Positions 9,133-17,817 of a DNA stretch of 64,000 nucleotides are shown piece by piece. The stretch comes from Gammaproteobacteria bacterium (GTDB lineage Bacteria > Pseudomonadota > Gammaproteobacteria > Ga0077536): positions 24,620 to 88,619 of the forward strand of contig JADLEV010000048.1 of NCBI GenBank assembly GCA_020845935.1. Direction: 5' to 3'. Each line of letters begins with the position of its first letter. The first letter of the stretch is position 1. Position numbers and translations under genes: made by a program. Below the pieces are notes generated by a model. It saw only the letters and a program-made list of their open reading frames with translations, did not search any database and had not been told where the DNA came from.

Positions 9133-10169
9133 GTCGTGACCTCGTGAGGTTGTGTCCGCAGCGCGCGACGTTCCGCCTTCGTGAGTGCCTGCCCGCGGGC
9201 TTCGGCCAGCAGTTCATCGAACACGCCAGCGGCCGCCAGTTCGCGTACCACGTTCACGACCGGCGCACCGAGCACGCCGGCTACGTGCAGGGTATCGAGA
9301 TAGGCGAAGGCGTCGGCGACCGTCTCCTTCCTGCGCACGTAGTAATCGCCGCCGCGCTGGCGGTTGTTGTAGGCCTCGAACTGCTCGCAGGCGACCAGGA
9401 TCTCGGCGAAGCGCCGGACCCAGGGCGCCGCGCCGGCGAGCCGTTCGGGGTAGTAGTAATAGAGCATCACCCGCGCCATCCAGGGCCTGAATTCGATGCC
9501 AAGGTCGGTCAGCGCCGGTCGCACCTCGCGCAGTCGCCTGGCGAGTCGTCGCGCGTAGCCGAGCCGCATTTCGATCTGTTCGAACGTTCGGGCGTCGAGC
9601 GAAATTCCGGTGGCAGCGAGGTCAGCGCCGTGCATCGCGATGAATGCCTCCGTCTCACGGCCGGGCACGGTTGCCGGGTGCAGCGTGCGCCATTCGCGCG
9701 GACGGGTTGGAATGCCCTGGGTGCGCGCCCACGACCAGATCCGGCCGAACAGCTCGCGCTCCAGCCCGGTACGGCCGAGATCGTGCAGCAGGCAGGCAAT
9801 CTGGTAGTCGCGCAAGCGGTCGCCGGTACAGCCTAGCCGTACCGCAACCGCGCGGCACAAGCGCGCGGTGCGTAACGCGTGGTCGCGATCGTAGCCGCGG
9901 ATCATCCGCCCGGCACGGTGCGGGTCGGGGCTGTCATAAAGCCGCAGCAAGCGAGCGATGAGTGCCTTCGAAAAATCCAGCCGGGTCGACGAATCGGTGG
10001 GTGTCCCCGAATGGCCCCCCACCACAGAACGGCCCACCATCTCGGGTTTCCGGCTCATAGCGGTGGGTGCCCTGGATTTGGTGGGTGTCCTGGATTTGCG
10101 CCTCGAAACGATGGGTGTCCCCGACTGGGTGCCGGACCTGGCCGACTTGCCGTTGTGGTTCTTGTGCAT
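9129..10169 (-). CDS. HD-domain protein (start uncertain: 10169, 10058 or 10040)
   Basis: HD motif CLLHDLGRTG preceded by LRTARLCRAVAVRLG. Track ORF 9129..11120 continues antisense into moxR, so it is truncated here to the first ATG (10169) after moxR's start. The N-terminal 60 codons are repeat-rich and use rare AGG/AAA/ACA codons. Confidence 0.65.
   Translation of the reverse strand: MHKNHNGKSARSGTQSGTPIVSRRKSRTPTKSRAPTAMSRKPEMVGRSVVGGHSGTPTDSSTRLDFSKALIARLLRLYDSPDPHRAGRMIRGYDRDHALRTARLCRAVAVRLGCTGDRLRDYQIACLLHDLGRTGLERELFGRIWSWARTQGIPTRPREWRTLHPATVPGRETEAFIAMHGADLAATGISLDARTFEQIEMRLGYARRLARRLREVRPALTDLGIEFRPWMARVMLYYYYPERLAGAAPWVRRFAEILVACEQFEAYNNRQRGGDYYVRRKETVADAFAYLDTLHVAGVLGAPVVNVVRELAAAGVFDELLAEARGQALTKAERRALRTQPHEVTT
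9995..10129. repeat. four direct copies of core TGGGTG(T/C)CC, including an 18-bp tandem
   Basis: GGTGGGTGTCCCCGAATGG (9996-10015); GTGGGTGCCCTGGATTTG and GTGGGTGTCCTGGATTTG in tandem (10063-10098); ATGGGTGTCCCCGACTGG (10111-10129). They lie in the HD-gene 5' end and the divergent moxR control region. Confidence 0.7.
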
Positions 10170-10244
10170 GGGGCGCCATGCTACCTCAGGGGCGCGCGCG
10201 GCTGCCGTATAAAAAGCCGCGGCCATTGCCGCTACACTCTGACC

Positions 10245-11201
10245 ATGGTCACCGTGTCCTCCCTGCAAACGCGCGAGACCCAGGCGGCGCGCCGCCTGTT
10301 CGACGCCTTTGTTACCGCCGGCAGCGCCATCATCGTCGGCAAGCAGCACGCGTTGCGGCTCGCGCTCGCCTGCCTGCTGGCGCGCGGCCACCTGCTGATC
10401 GAGGATCTGCCGGGCGTCGGCAAGACGACGCTGGCGCACCTGCTGGCACGGCTGCTCGGTCTGTCGTTCCAGCGCATCCAGTTCACCAGCGACATGCTGC
10501 CGGCCGACATCATCGGTGTCTCTATCTACGACCGGGACACGCATTCGTTCCGCTTCAACCGCGGGCCGATCTTCAGCCAGGTCGTGCTGGCGGATGAAGT
10601 GAACCGCGCCACGCCCAGAGCACAGAGCGCGTTGCTCGAAGCGATGGAGGAACGGCAGGTCACCGTGGACGGCACGAGCCAGCCGCTGCCGAATCCGTTC
10701 TTCGTCATCGCGACCCAGAATCCGTCGCATCAGATCGGCACCTTTCCGCTGCCGGAATCGCAGCTCGATCGGTTCCTGATGCGGCTGTCGCTCGGCTACC
10801 CGGATGCCGAAGCCGAACGGCAACTGCTCGCCGGCGAAGATCGCCGGTCGATGCTGGCACGGCTGGAGCCGGTGCTGAACGCGCGCGAATTGCTGGCCTT
10901 GCAACAGGGCGTCGAGGCGATCCACGTCGCCCCGGCGCTGCTCGACTACGTGCAGGCCTTGCTCGCCCATACGCGCCGGGCACCGCTGTTCGCGGCGGGA
11001 CTGTCGCCGCGCGCCGGCATCGGGCTGATTCACGCCGCGCGCGCCTGGGCCGCCATCCACGGCCGCGACAGCGTGCTGCCCGAGGACGTGCAGGCCGTGC
11101 TGCCCGGTGTCGTCGGTCACCGCTTGCGTGCGCGTGACGATTTGCCGGTCGCCGACACGCGCCTCAGCGACAGCCTGCTCGCCGCCGTCCCCATTCCCTG
11201 A
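10245..11201 (+). CDS. moxR: MoxR-family AAA+ ATPase
   Basis: 318 aa starting at the ATG at 10245 (residue 123 of track ORF 9879..). Walker A LPGVGKTTLA, Walker B and sensor LADEVNRATPRAQSALLEAMEE, then FFVIATQNP. Confidence 0.9.
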   Translation: MVTVSSLQTRETQAARRLFDAFVTAGSAIIVGKQHALRLALACLLARGHLLIEDLPGVGKTTLAHLLARLLGLSFQRIQFTSDMLPADIIGVSIYDRDTHSFRFNRGPIFSQVVLADEVNRATPRAQSALLEAMEERQVTVDGTSQPLPNPFFVIATQNPSHQIGTFPLPESQLDRFLMRLSLGYPDAEAERQLLAGEDRRSMLARLEPVLNARELLALQQGVEAIHVAPALLDYVQALLAHTRRAPLFAAGLSPRAGIGLIHAARAWAAIHGRDSVLPEDVQAVLPGVVGHRLRARDDLPVADTRLSDSLLAAVPIP

Positions 11202-11230
11202 GCAGGACGGCGCGCCGTCGCTCGACGCCG

Positions 11231-12187
11231 ATGGATCGCTCAGCCACCGCCGCCATCGCTCCAGCCGAACCGGCCCTGGTCTCCACTCCCTCGCCGCGCG
11301 TCCGCTTGCGGCCGACCGCGGCCGGAGCTTTCCACCTCGTCATCACGCTGACGATCACGCTCGGCGGCATCAACTACAACAGCGCGCTGGCCTGCGGTCT
11401 CGGCTCTCTGCTCGGCGCGCTGGCGCTGGTGTCGGCGGTGCATGCGTGGCGCAATCTGCACGGAGTGGCGCTGCGCGGCGCCTGGGCGGAGCCGGTCTTT
11501 GCCGGCGAGCCGTTGTGCTTTCATCTGGCATTCCCCAGCGTTGGTCCGGCGCGGCACGCACTGAGCCTTGACCTCGCGCCGCAACGCGGCTGGCACCGGG
11601 GCTGCACGCTCACCGATGCCAGCACGTTCGATCTGCCGCACCAGGGCGGCACCGCCACGTTCACGCTGCCGACCACGACCCGCGGCCGAAAGCGCTGTCC
11701 GTGCCTGCGCCTTGGCTCGATCCATCCGCTTGGCCTGTTCCAGGCCTCGGTCGCGATCGCACCGGAGGCGATCGGGCTGGTCTATCCCGCGCCGGATGGT
11801 TCCTGGCCCTTGCCGCTGCCGCAGGGTCAGGAGAGCGCGGCGCTGCGCGGCGGTGGTCCCGGGACCGACGATTTCGCCGGCTTGCGCGATTACCACCCGG
11901 GCGATCCGCCACGCGCGATAGCCTGGCGCACGCTGGCGCATGGCGATCGGCTCGCGGTGAAGCGCTTCGTCGCCGGCGCCGCCGACAGCCTGACGTTGCG
12001 CTGGGACCATGTCGCGCGGCTGCCGGCGATCGAGCAGGGGCTCAGCCAGTTGTGCCGCTGGCTGCTGCAAGCCGAGCGGCTGAATCTCGCGGTCGGTCTC
12101 GATCTCCCCGGCATCCGGATCGCCCCCGGTCGCGGCGTGCCGCACCTGGCCGCCTGCCTGCGCGCGCTCGCGGAGTTCGACGCATGA
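11231..12187 (+). CDS. DUF58 domain protein (vWA-like MoxR partner)
   Basis: DDFAGLRDYHPGDPPRAIAWRTLA is the DUF58 hallmark. It follows moxR, and its stop overlaps the next ATG (ATGA at 12184-12187). Confidence 0.85.
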   Translation: MDRSATAAIAPAEPALVSTPSPRVRLRPTAAGAFHLVITLTITLGGINYNSALACGLGSLLGALALVSAVHAWRNLHGVALRGAWAEPVFAGEPLCFHLAFPSVGPARHALSLDLAPQRGWHRGCTLTDASTFDLPHQGGTATFTLPTTTRGRKRCPCLRLGSIHPLGLFQASVAIAPEAIGLVYPAPDGSWPLPLPQGQESAALRGGGPGTDDFAGLRDYHPGDPPRAIAWRTLAHGDRLAVKRFVAGAADSLTLRWDHVARLPAIEQGLSQLCRWLLQAERLNLAVGLDLPGIRIAPGRGVPHLAACLRALAEFDA

Positions 12188-14139
12188 GCGGCCCAGGCAC
12201 ACCGACGCTGATCCATTTTCACTGGCTGCTGGCGGGGCTGCTGCTGGCGGTTGCGCCGCACGCCTTGCGCTTTCATCCGGCCGTGACGGCCTGCTTCGTC
12301 GCGGTCGCGGCCTGGCGCCTGCTCGGCTATCGCGGCACGCTGCCGTTGCCGGAGCGACATCGCGCGCTGTGGTTGCTGAAACTCGCGTTGGGCCTCGGCG
12401 CGGTGCTGGCGGTCTGGGTCAGTTATCGCGGCCAGCCGACGCGCGATGCCGGCATCGCCCTGCTGATTCTGCTGATCGGCCTGAAGTTGATCGAATTGCG
12501 CGCCAATCGCGACTACTACGTGCTCTGTCTGCTCGGCTACTTCCTGGTCGCCACCAATCTGCTGTACGACGAATCGATCCTCGTGACGCTGTACCTGCTC
12601 GGCGTGGTATGGCTTCTCACCGCCGGCCTGCTGGCCCTGCACGCGGCCGGCAAGGCGACGCGACCACGCTGGTGCCTGCGCCAGGCCGGCGCGTTGCTGG
12701 CGCAGGCGCTGCCGCCGGCGCTGCTGGCATTCCTGCTGCTGCCACGGCTGGAAGGACCGTTATGGGGCCGGCCACAGCGTGCCCCTGCCGCGCAGTCCGG
12801 CCTGGCCGAGGAAATGGCGCCCGGGATGATCGCCGCGCTGAGCCTGTCCGAGGCCCTCGCCTTCCGGGTCACCTTCGAAGGCCCACCGCCACCGCCGCAG
12901 CAGCGCTACTGGCGCGGCCCGGTGCTGTGGGACACCGATGGCCAGACCTGGCGCGCCGGCAGCGCTGGCGATGGTCCGGTGCTGCCGCTGCGGGTCAGCG
13001 GGCCGGCCTATCGTTACACGGTGACGCTCGAACCGCACGGCAAGCGCTGGCTGTTCGCGCTCGAACTGCCGTCGCTGACCGGAACGTCTGCACGCAGCCG
13101 ATCCGATCTGCTGCTGGTGGCGCGCTTTCCGGTGGTACGCCGGATCAGCTATGACCTCATCTCGCACACCAGCTACCGCGTGACCGAGCTGACACCGCGC
13201 GATCGCGCGGCCGCACTGGCATTGCCCGAGGCGGCGCACCCGCGCGCCCGTGAGCTGGCACGCCGCCTGCGCGACACCGCGGCGAACGAGCGCGAGCTGG
13301 TCGCGCTGGTGCTGCGTCGCTTCGGCACCGAACCGTTTCGCTACACGCTGACGCCGCCGCTGCTCAGCGGCGATACCGTCGATCAGTTCCTGTTCGATAC
13401 GCGCGCCGGATTCTGCGAACACTACGCCGCCGCGTTCGTCGTGCTGATGCGTGCCGCCGGTATCCCGGCGCGGATCGTCACCGGCTACCTCGGCGGCGAA
13501 CTGAATCCGCTCGGCGAGTATTTCATCGTGCGTCAGCGCGATGCGCATGCCTGGGCCGAGGTCTGGTACGAGGACGACGGCTGGGTGCGGGTCGATCCGA
13601 CCGCATCGGTCGCGCCGGCGCGGATCGAGCGTGGCATCGCCGATCTGCTGCCGGCACCGACCCGGTTGTTGCGCGCGCCGGGGGCAGACGCGGCGCAGGC
13701 GCTGTGGCGCGCCGTCGATCGTGGCTGGGATGCGATCGCCTATCGCTGGGACCGCTGGGTGGTCGGCTACAACCAGGAGCGACAGCGGCAGTTGTTCGAG
13801 CGTGTCGGTCTGGGCACGGTCGATCGCCGGGCGCTGGTCGCGCTGACGCTGGTCGCGATTGCCGGGCTGCTGGGTGCGCTCGCCTGGGCGCTGCTGCGCT
13901 GGCGCGGACCAAGCCGCGATCCGGTGCAGCGCCTCTACCTGCGGTTCTGCCGCAAGCTCCGACGGCTCGGCCTGAAGCGGCTGCCGCACGAGGGACCGCT
14001 CGATTTCGCGCACCGCGCCGCCCGTGCGCAACCCCGCCTGCACGACGCCATCATGCGCATTACCGAACACTATCTCGCGCTGCGCTACGGCCAAGCCAGC
14101 GACCGTGCCACCTTGGCGCGGCTGGTGCGGCGGTTCTGA
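12184..14139 (+). CDS. transglutaminase-like membrane protein (DUF3488 plus TGase core, TgpA-like)
   Basis: The start is the ATG at 12184 (residue 162 of track ORF 11701..). Multi-TM N-terminus. TGase core GFCEHYAAAFVVLMRAAGIPARIVTGY ... DAHAWAEVW. Confidence 0.85.
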   Translation: MSGPGTPTLIHFHWLLAGLLLAVAPHALRFHPAVTACFVAVAAWRLLGYRGTLPLPERHRALWLLKLALGLGAVLAVWVSYRGQPTRDAGIALLILLIGLKLIELRANRDYYVLCLLGYFLVATNLLYDESILVTLYLLGVVWLLTAGLLALHAAGKATRPRWCLRQAGALLAQALPPALLAFLLLPRLEGPLWGRPQRAPAAQSGLAEEMAPGMIAALSLSEALAFRVTFEGPPPPPQQRYWRGPVLWDTDGQTWRAGSAGDGPVLPLRVSGPAYRYTVTLEPHGKRWLFALELPSLTGTSARSRSDLLLVARFPVVRRISYDLISHTSYRVTELTPRDRAAALALPEAAHPRARELARRLRDTAANERELVALVLRRFGTEPFRYTLTPPLLSGDTVDQFLFDTRAGFCEHYAAAFVVLMRAAGIPARIVTGYLGGELNPLGEYFIVRQRDAHAWAEVWYEDDGWVRVDPTASVAPARIERGIADLLPAPTRLLRAPGADAAQALWRAVDRGWDAIAYRWDRWVVGYNQERQRQLFERVGLGTVDRRALVALTLVAIAGLLGALAWALLRWRGPSRDPVQRLYLRFCRKLRRLGLKRLPHEGPLDFAHRAARAQPRLHDAIMRITEHYLALRYGQASDRATLARLVRRF

Positions 14140-14148
14140 GGAGATCGC

Positions 14149-15909
14149 TCAATCGTTGAACTGATGCCGGTACAGCCGGGCATAGCTGCCGCCGGCCGCG
14201 AGCAGTGCCGCGTGGTCGCCGGTCTCGACGATACGGCCCTGGTCGAGCACGACGATCCGATCGGCTGATTCGATGGTCGACAACCGGTGCGCGACGATCA
14301 GCGAAGTCCGTCCGGCACGGAGTTGCGCCAGGCCGTCCTGGACGAACCGTTCGGTTTCGGCATCGAGCGCCGAGGTGGCTTCGTCGAGTATCAGGATCGG
14401 CGCATCCTTCAACAACGCACGCGCGATCGCCAGCCGCTGGCGCTGGCCGCCGGACAGGCGCACGCCGTTCGCGCCGATCCGCGTCTCCAGCCCGTCCGGC
14501 AACCGCTCGGCGAACTCGAGCACATGCGCGGCCCGCGCTGCGGCGAACACCTGATCACGCGGTGCCTCACGCAACGCCCCGTAGGCGATGTTGTTGTAAA
14601 GCGTATCGTCGAACAGCACCACCTGCTGGCCGACCAGCGCGATGTGGCGGCGCAGCGAGCGCAGTGAATAACCGGCGATATCGACACCATCGAGCAGAAT
14701 GCGGCCGGCGATCGGTTCGTGAAAGCGCGGCACCAGATTCACCAGCGTGGTCTTGCCGGCGCCCGAGGACCCGACCAGAGCCACCGACTCGCCGGCACGG
14801 ACCGACAGCGTCACTTCGGCGAGCGCCAGCCGCTCCTGGCCCTCATGCCGGAAGGTCACCGCATCGAACACCAGATCGCCACGCGCCCGGGACAGCGTCG
14901 CGCCGCGATCGGCATCTTCCGGCGGCTCATCGAGCAGACCGAACACGCTCTGCGCCGCGGCGAGACCTCGTTGCAGATCCTCGTTGACCGTGGTCAGCCG
15001 CCGCACCGGCGGCAGGATCAGTACCACCGCGGTGACGAAGGCAACGAACTCCTCGGTCTGCATCCGCCCTGCTTCGATGGCATGCATCGCGACCAGAATC
15101 GCCGCGGCAATGCCGCTGGCGAGGATCAACTGGATCAGCGGCACCTTCGCCGCCGCAGCACGGATCACCTTCATCTGGATCCGTCGCGTCGCCTCGGCAA
15201 CACGCGCGAAGCGCTCGACTTCGTAGGCCTGCGCCTCGAACACCTTCAGTTCATACTGGCCGGCGATCGCCTCCTGCGTGACTTCGTTGAGGTCACCGAC
15301 CGTCGCCTGCAGGCGCAGGCTCAGCGCCCGCATCGTCGCGCTGACGCGGACGATGATGAAGTACACCAGCGGCGCCAGCACCGCCGAAACCGCGGCCAGT
15401 TGCCAGTTCAGATAGAGCACGAACAGCAGCAACGCGACGATCGACACGATATCCTTGACCAGCACGTCCAGCACGCGGATCGCCGATTGCGACAACTGGG
15501 TGGCATCGAACGTGAACTTCGACACGATCGAACCGGCGGCATGCCGGTTGTAGAACCGGACCGGCAGTTCGACCAGCGTCGCGAACATCGCCCGGCGCAG
15601 GTCCAGCACGACGCGGTGCGCGACCGCATTGAGGCCGACCTTGCCGACATAGGTGAGCACGCCACGAAGCACGAACAGCAGCACCAGCGCCGGCGGAATC
15701 AGCCACGGTGAAAACCGCATTGCCGCCTCGTCATGCGCGCCGAGGTCGGCCTCGAACAACAATTGCAGCAGCCACGGCAACAGCGGCTCGGTCGCGCCCA
15801 ACGCGCTCATCGCCAGCGTCGCCGCGAAGAACAACCGCAGATGGGGCCGCAGGATGCGGTAGAGCCGGCGCTGGATTCCGGCGGGAAGGGGCGTTGCCTG
15901 ATCCTGCAT
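14149..15909 (-). CDS. ABC exporter, fused permease/ATPase (MsbA-like)
   Basis: The start is the ATG at 15909 (residue 134 of track ORF). Six-TM domain followed by an NBD with GSSGAGKTT, LSGGQRQRLAIARA and ILILDEATSALD. Confidence 0.85.
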   Translation of the reverse strand: MQDQATPLPAGIQRRLYRILRPHLRLFFAATLAMSALGATEPLLPWLLQLLFEADLGAHDEAAMRFSPWLIPPALVLLFVLRGVLTYVGKVGLNAVAHRVVLDLRRAMFATLVELPVRFYNRHAAGSIVSKFTFDATQLSQSAIRVLDVLVKDIVSIVALLLFVLYLNWQLAAVSAVLAPLVYFIIVRVSATMRALSLRLQATVGDLNEVTQEAIAGQYELKVFEAQAYEVERFARVAEATRRIQMKVIRAAAAKVPLIQLILASGIAAAILVAMHAIEAGRMQTEEFVAFVTAVVLILPPVRRLTTVNEDLQRGLAAAQSVFGLLDEPPEDADRGATLSRARGDLVFDAVTFRHEGQERLALAEVTLSVRAGESVALVGSSGAGKTTLVNLVPRFHEPIAGRILLDGVDIAGYSLRSLRRHIALVGQQVVLFDDTLYNNIAYGALREAPRDQVFAAARAAHVLEFAERLPDGLETRIGANGVRLSGGQRQRLAIARALLKDAPILILDEATSALDAETERFVQDGLAQLRAGRTSLIVAHRLSTIESADRIVVLDQGRIVETGDHAALLAAGGSYARLYRHQFND

Positions 15910-15987
15910 CGAAGTACTATGCCGTGCCGCCCCGGAAATTTCATCCCGTAGAATGGCCGCACCATCCCGCGAAGCCACCACCCACCC

Positions 15988-16869
15988 ATGTCCGATCTGC
16001 ATCCCATCGTTGCGGTGACCGGTTCTTCCGGCGCCGGCACCTCCAGCGCCGCGCATCTGTTCGAGCGGCTGTTCCGGCAGTTGGCGATCGAGGTGGCGTT
16101 GATCGAGGGTGACAGCTTTCATCGCTATGACCGCTTCGAGATGCAGGCGCAGGTCGCACGGGCCGCGACGCGCGGCGAGGACCTGACACACTTCGGCCCC
16201 GGCGGTAATCTGTTCGCGGAACTCGAAGCGCTGTTTTCCGGCTACGCCGCGCACGGCACCGGCCGGCGACGCCACTACGTGCATACCGAGCGCGATGCCG
16301 AGATGCACGGCCAGCCGGTCGGCACGCTCACGCCGTGGCAGCCGCTACCCCCCGATACCGATCTGCTGCTCTACGAAGGTTTGCATGGCGGTCTGGTGAC
16401 CGGGACCATCGACATCGCCAGCCAGGTCGATCTGCTGATCGGCGTCGTGCCGATCATCAATCTGGAATGGATTCAGAAGATTCACCGCGATCGTGCGGTG
16501 CGCGGCTACAGCGCCGAGGACGCGACCCAGGCGATCCTGCGGCGCATGGCCGACTATGTCCATTACATCTGCCCGCAGTTCTCGCGCACCGATGTCAATT
16601 TCCAGCGCGTGCCGCTGATCGATACGTCGAATCCGTTCGTCGCGGACGTGATCCCCGGTGGCGAGGAATGCCTGCTCGTGATCCACCTGCGCAATCAGGC
16701 CAGACTCGGCATCGGCGCCGGGCAGTTGCGGCGCAGCCTGAGCGGCGCGCGCCTGTCCGGACCGGATACGCTGCACGTACCGGCGACCGAGTATCAGCGC
16801 GCGGTCGAACTGGTCTGCGGCCCGGCGATCGAACGCCTCATTCAGCGGCGGCGCGCGTTGCGCCGCTGA
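15988..16869 (+). CDS. prk: phosphoribulokinase
   Basis: 292 aa. P-loop VTGSSGAGTSS, then IEGDSFHRYDR, LLLYEGLHGG and INLEWIQKIHRD match the PRK family as I know it. Confidence 0.85.
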   Translation: MSDLHPIVAVTGSSGAGTSSAAHLFERLFRQLAIEVALIEGDSFHRYDRFEMQAQVARAATRGEDLTHFGPGGNLFAELEALFSGYAAHGTGRRRHYVHTERDAEMHGQPVGTLTPWQPLPPDTDLLLYEGLHGGLVTGTIDIASQVDLLIGVVPIINLEWIQKIHRDRAVRGYSAEDATQAILRRMADYVHYICPQFSRTDVNFQRVPLIDTSNPFVADVIPGGEECLLVIHLRNQARLGIGAGQLRRSLSGARLSGPDTLHVPATEYQRAVELVCGPAIERLIQRRRALRR

Positions 16870-16929
16870 GGTCGCGTCCGCGCCATCCTCAACCGGCGCG
16901 CATCGTTCGCCGCCGTTCGGGGCGAGCTT

Positions 16930-17421
16930 TCAGGCGCCTGGCTCGCTCGCCTGCTGGTCCTTGTGGTAGCTGGTGTAGAGGTAGATGGGGATCGGCAGAT
17001 CGCCGAGATGCTTGACGATCAACGCCTGCACGTCCGGCCAGGCCAGAGCGCCGACGCCGGTCGCCAGTTTCGGCAGGGCGAGGCTTTTCACTTCCGCTTG
17101 CTCCAATTCATGCCGCAACCGCTTCAGGCAATGGTTGACATTGGCCAGCGTTGCCTTGCCGGGCTTCGCGCCCTGTTCGTGCGCGCCCTCCTGCGTGAGC
17201 AGGTTGTAGATCCGCACCCCGCCAACGCCGGCCCACGCCCAGAGTTCTCCAGGCTTGGGGTGAGTCGCGTACGCATAGTGGCGAAAGTCCTTCGCCATCG
17301 CCGGCCAACGCTCGCGCAGCGCGAGTGCCAGGCCCTGGTCGAAGTGATCGTTTGGCGCGACCCCATGGGCGATCGCCTGTGCCTTGGTCAGCAGAATGTC
17401 GCCGGTGACTTCATGAAGCAT
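16930..17421 (-). CDS. stand-alone macrodomain protein (TARG1/OARD1-like)
   Basis: The start is the ATG at 17421 (residue 36 of track ORF). GDILLTKAQAIAHGVAPN ... LALPKLATGVGALAW parallels the TARG1-type macro fold. 163 aa. Confidence 0.75.
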   Translation of the reverse strand: MLHEVTGDILLTKAQAIAHGVAPNDHFDQGLALALRERWPAMAKDFRHYAYATHPKPGELWAWAGVGGVRIYNLLTQEGAHEQGAKPGKATLANVNHCLKRLRHELEQAEVKSLALPKLATGVGALAWPDVQALIVKHLGDLPIPIYLYTSYHKDQQASEPGA

Positions 17422-17817
17422 GAAACCTCTCCTCGATAGGGATACGCATCGCCAGCATCGCCGCGTTCGGGCGCTGACGCCAAGCCGCGTGCGAAGCTCG
17501 CTTCGCACGGGTGAGCACGGAACCACCGTGTGGTTGTGCCGTGGTCGACTCGACCTCGGCTACCTTACCAAGCTTCACCCACTGTCGCGTCTGCGATGGA
17601 TCAAAGTTCGTCGATCTCGCCAGGGTGCGGGTCGGGAACTTGGCGCATGACGATATTCAGCCATCTGCGCAAGCGATCGTTGCATCCGGTTGGGTGCAGT
17701 GAGAACCGCGGGCCAACGACAGCCACGACAACACACACCGCCAATTGACAGCCCGGCGCCCGCTACGGCAATGTTGCGCCTCGACCAACCCCTGCGCCCC
17801 ACCTGGAGGAGATTGCC

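Noticed and set aside
9995-10129. Possible mini-CRISPR or other repeat array
   Set aside because: The repeats are only about 18 bp, imperfect, partly adjacent without spacers, and there are no cas genes. They are treated as direct repeats or a low-complexity coding region instead.
10170-11120. N-terminal 317 codons of the 663-aa ORF 9129..11120
   Set aside because: They run antisense through the well-supported moxR gene and lack any domain. The HD gene is therefore truncated to an internal start.
17511-17702. 63-aa ORF with CxC...CxxC (zinc-ribbon-like) in the macrodomain/ParA spacer
   Set aside because: Third-position GC is only about the genomic average, against clearly higher values in real genes here. 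There is no SD and no family resemblance. It is probably non-coding.
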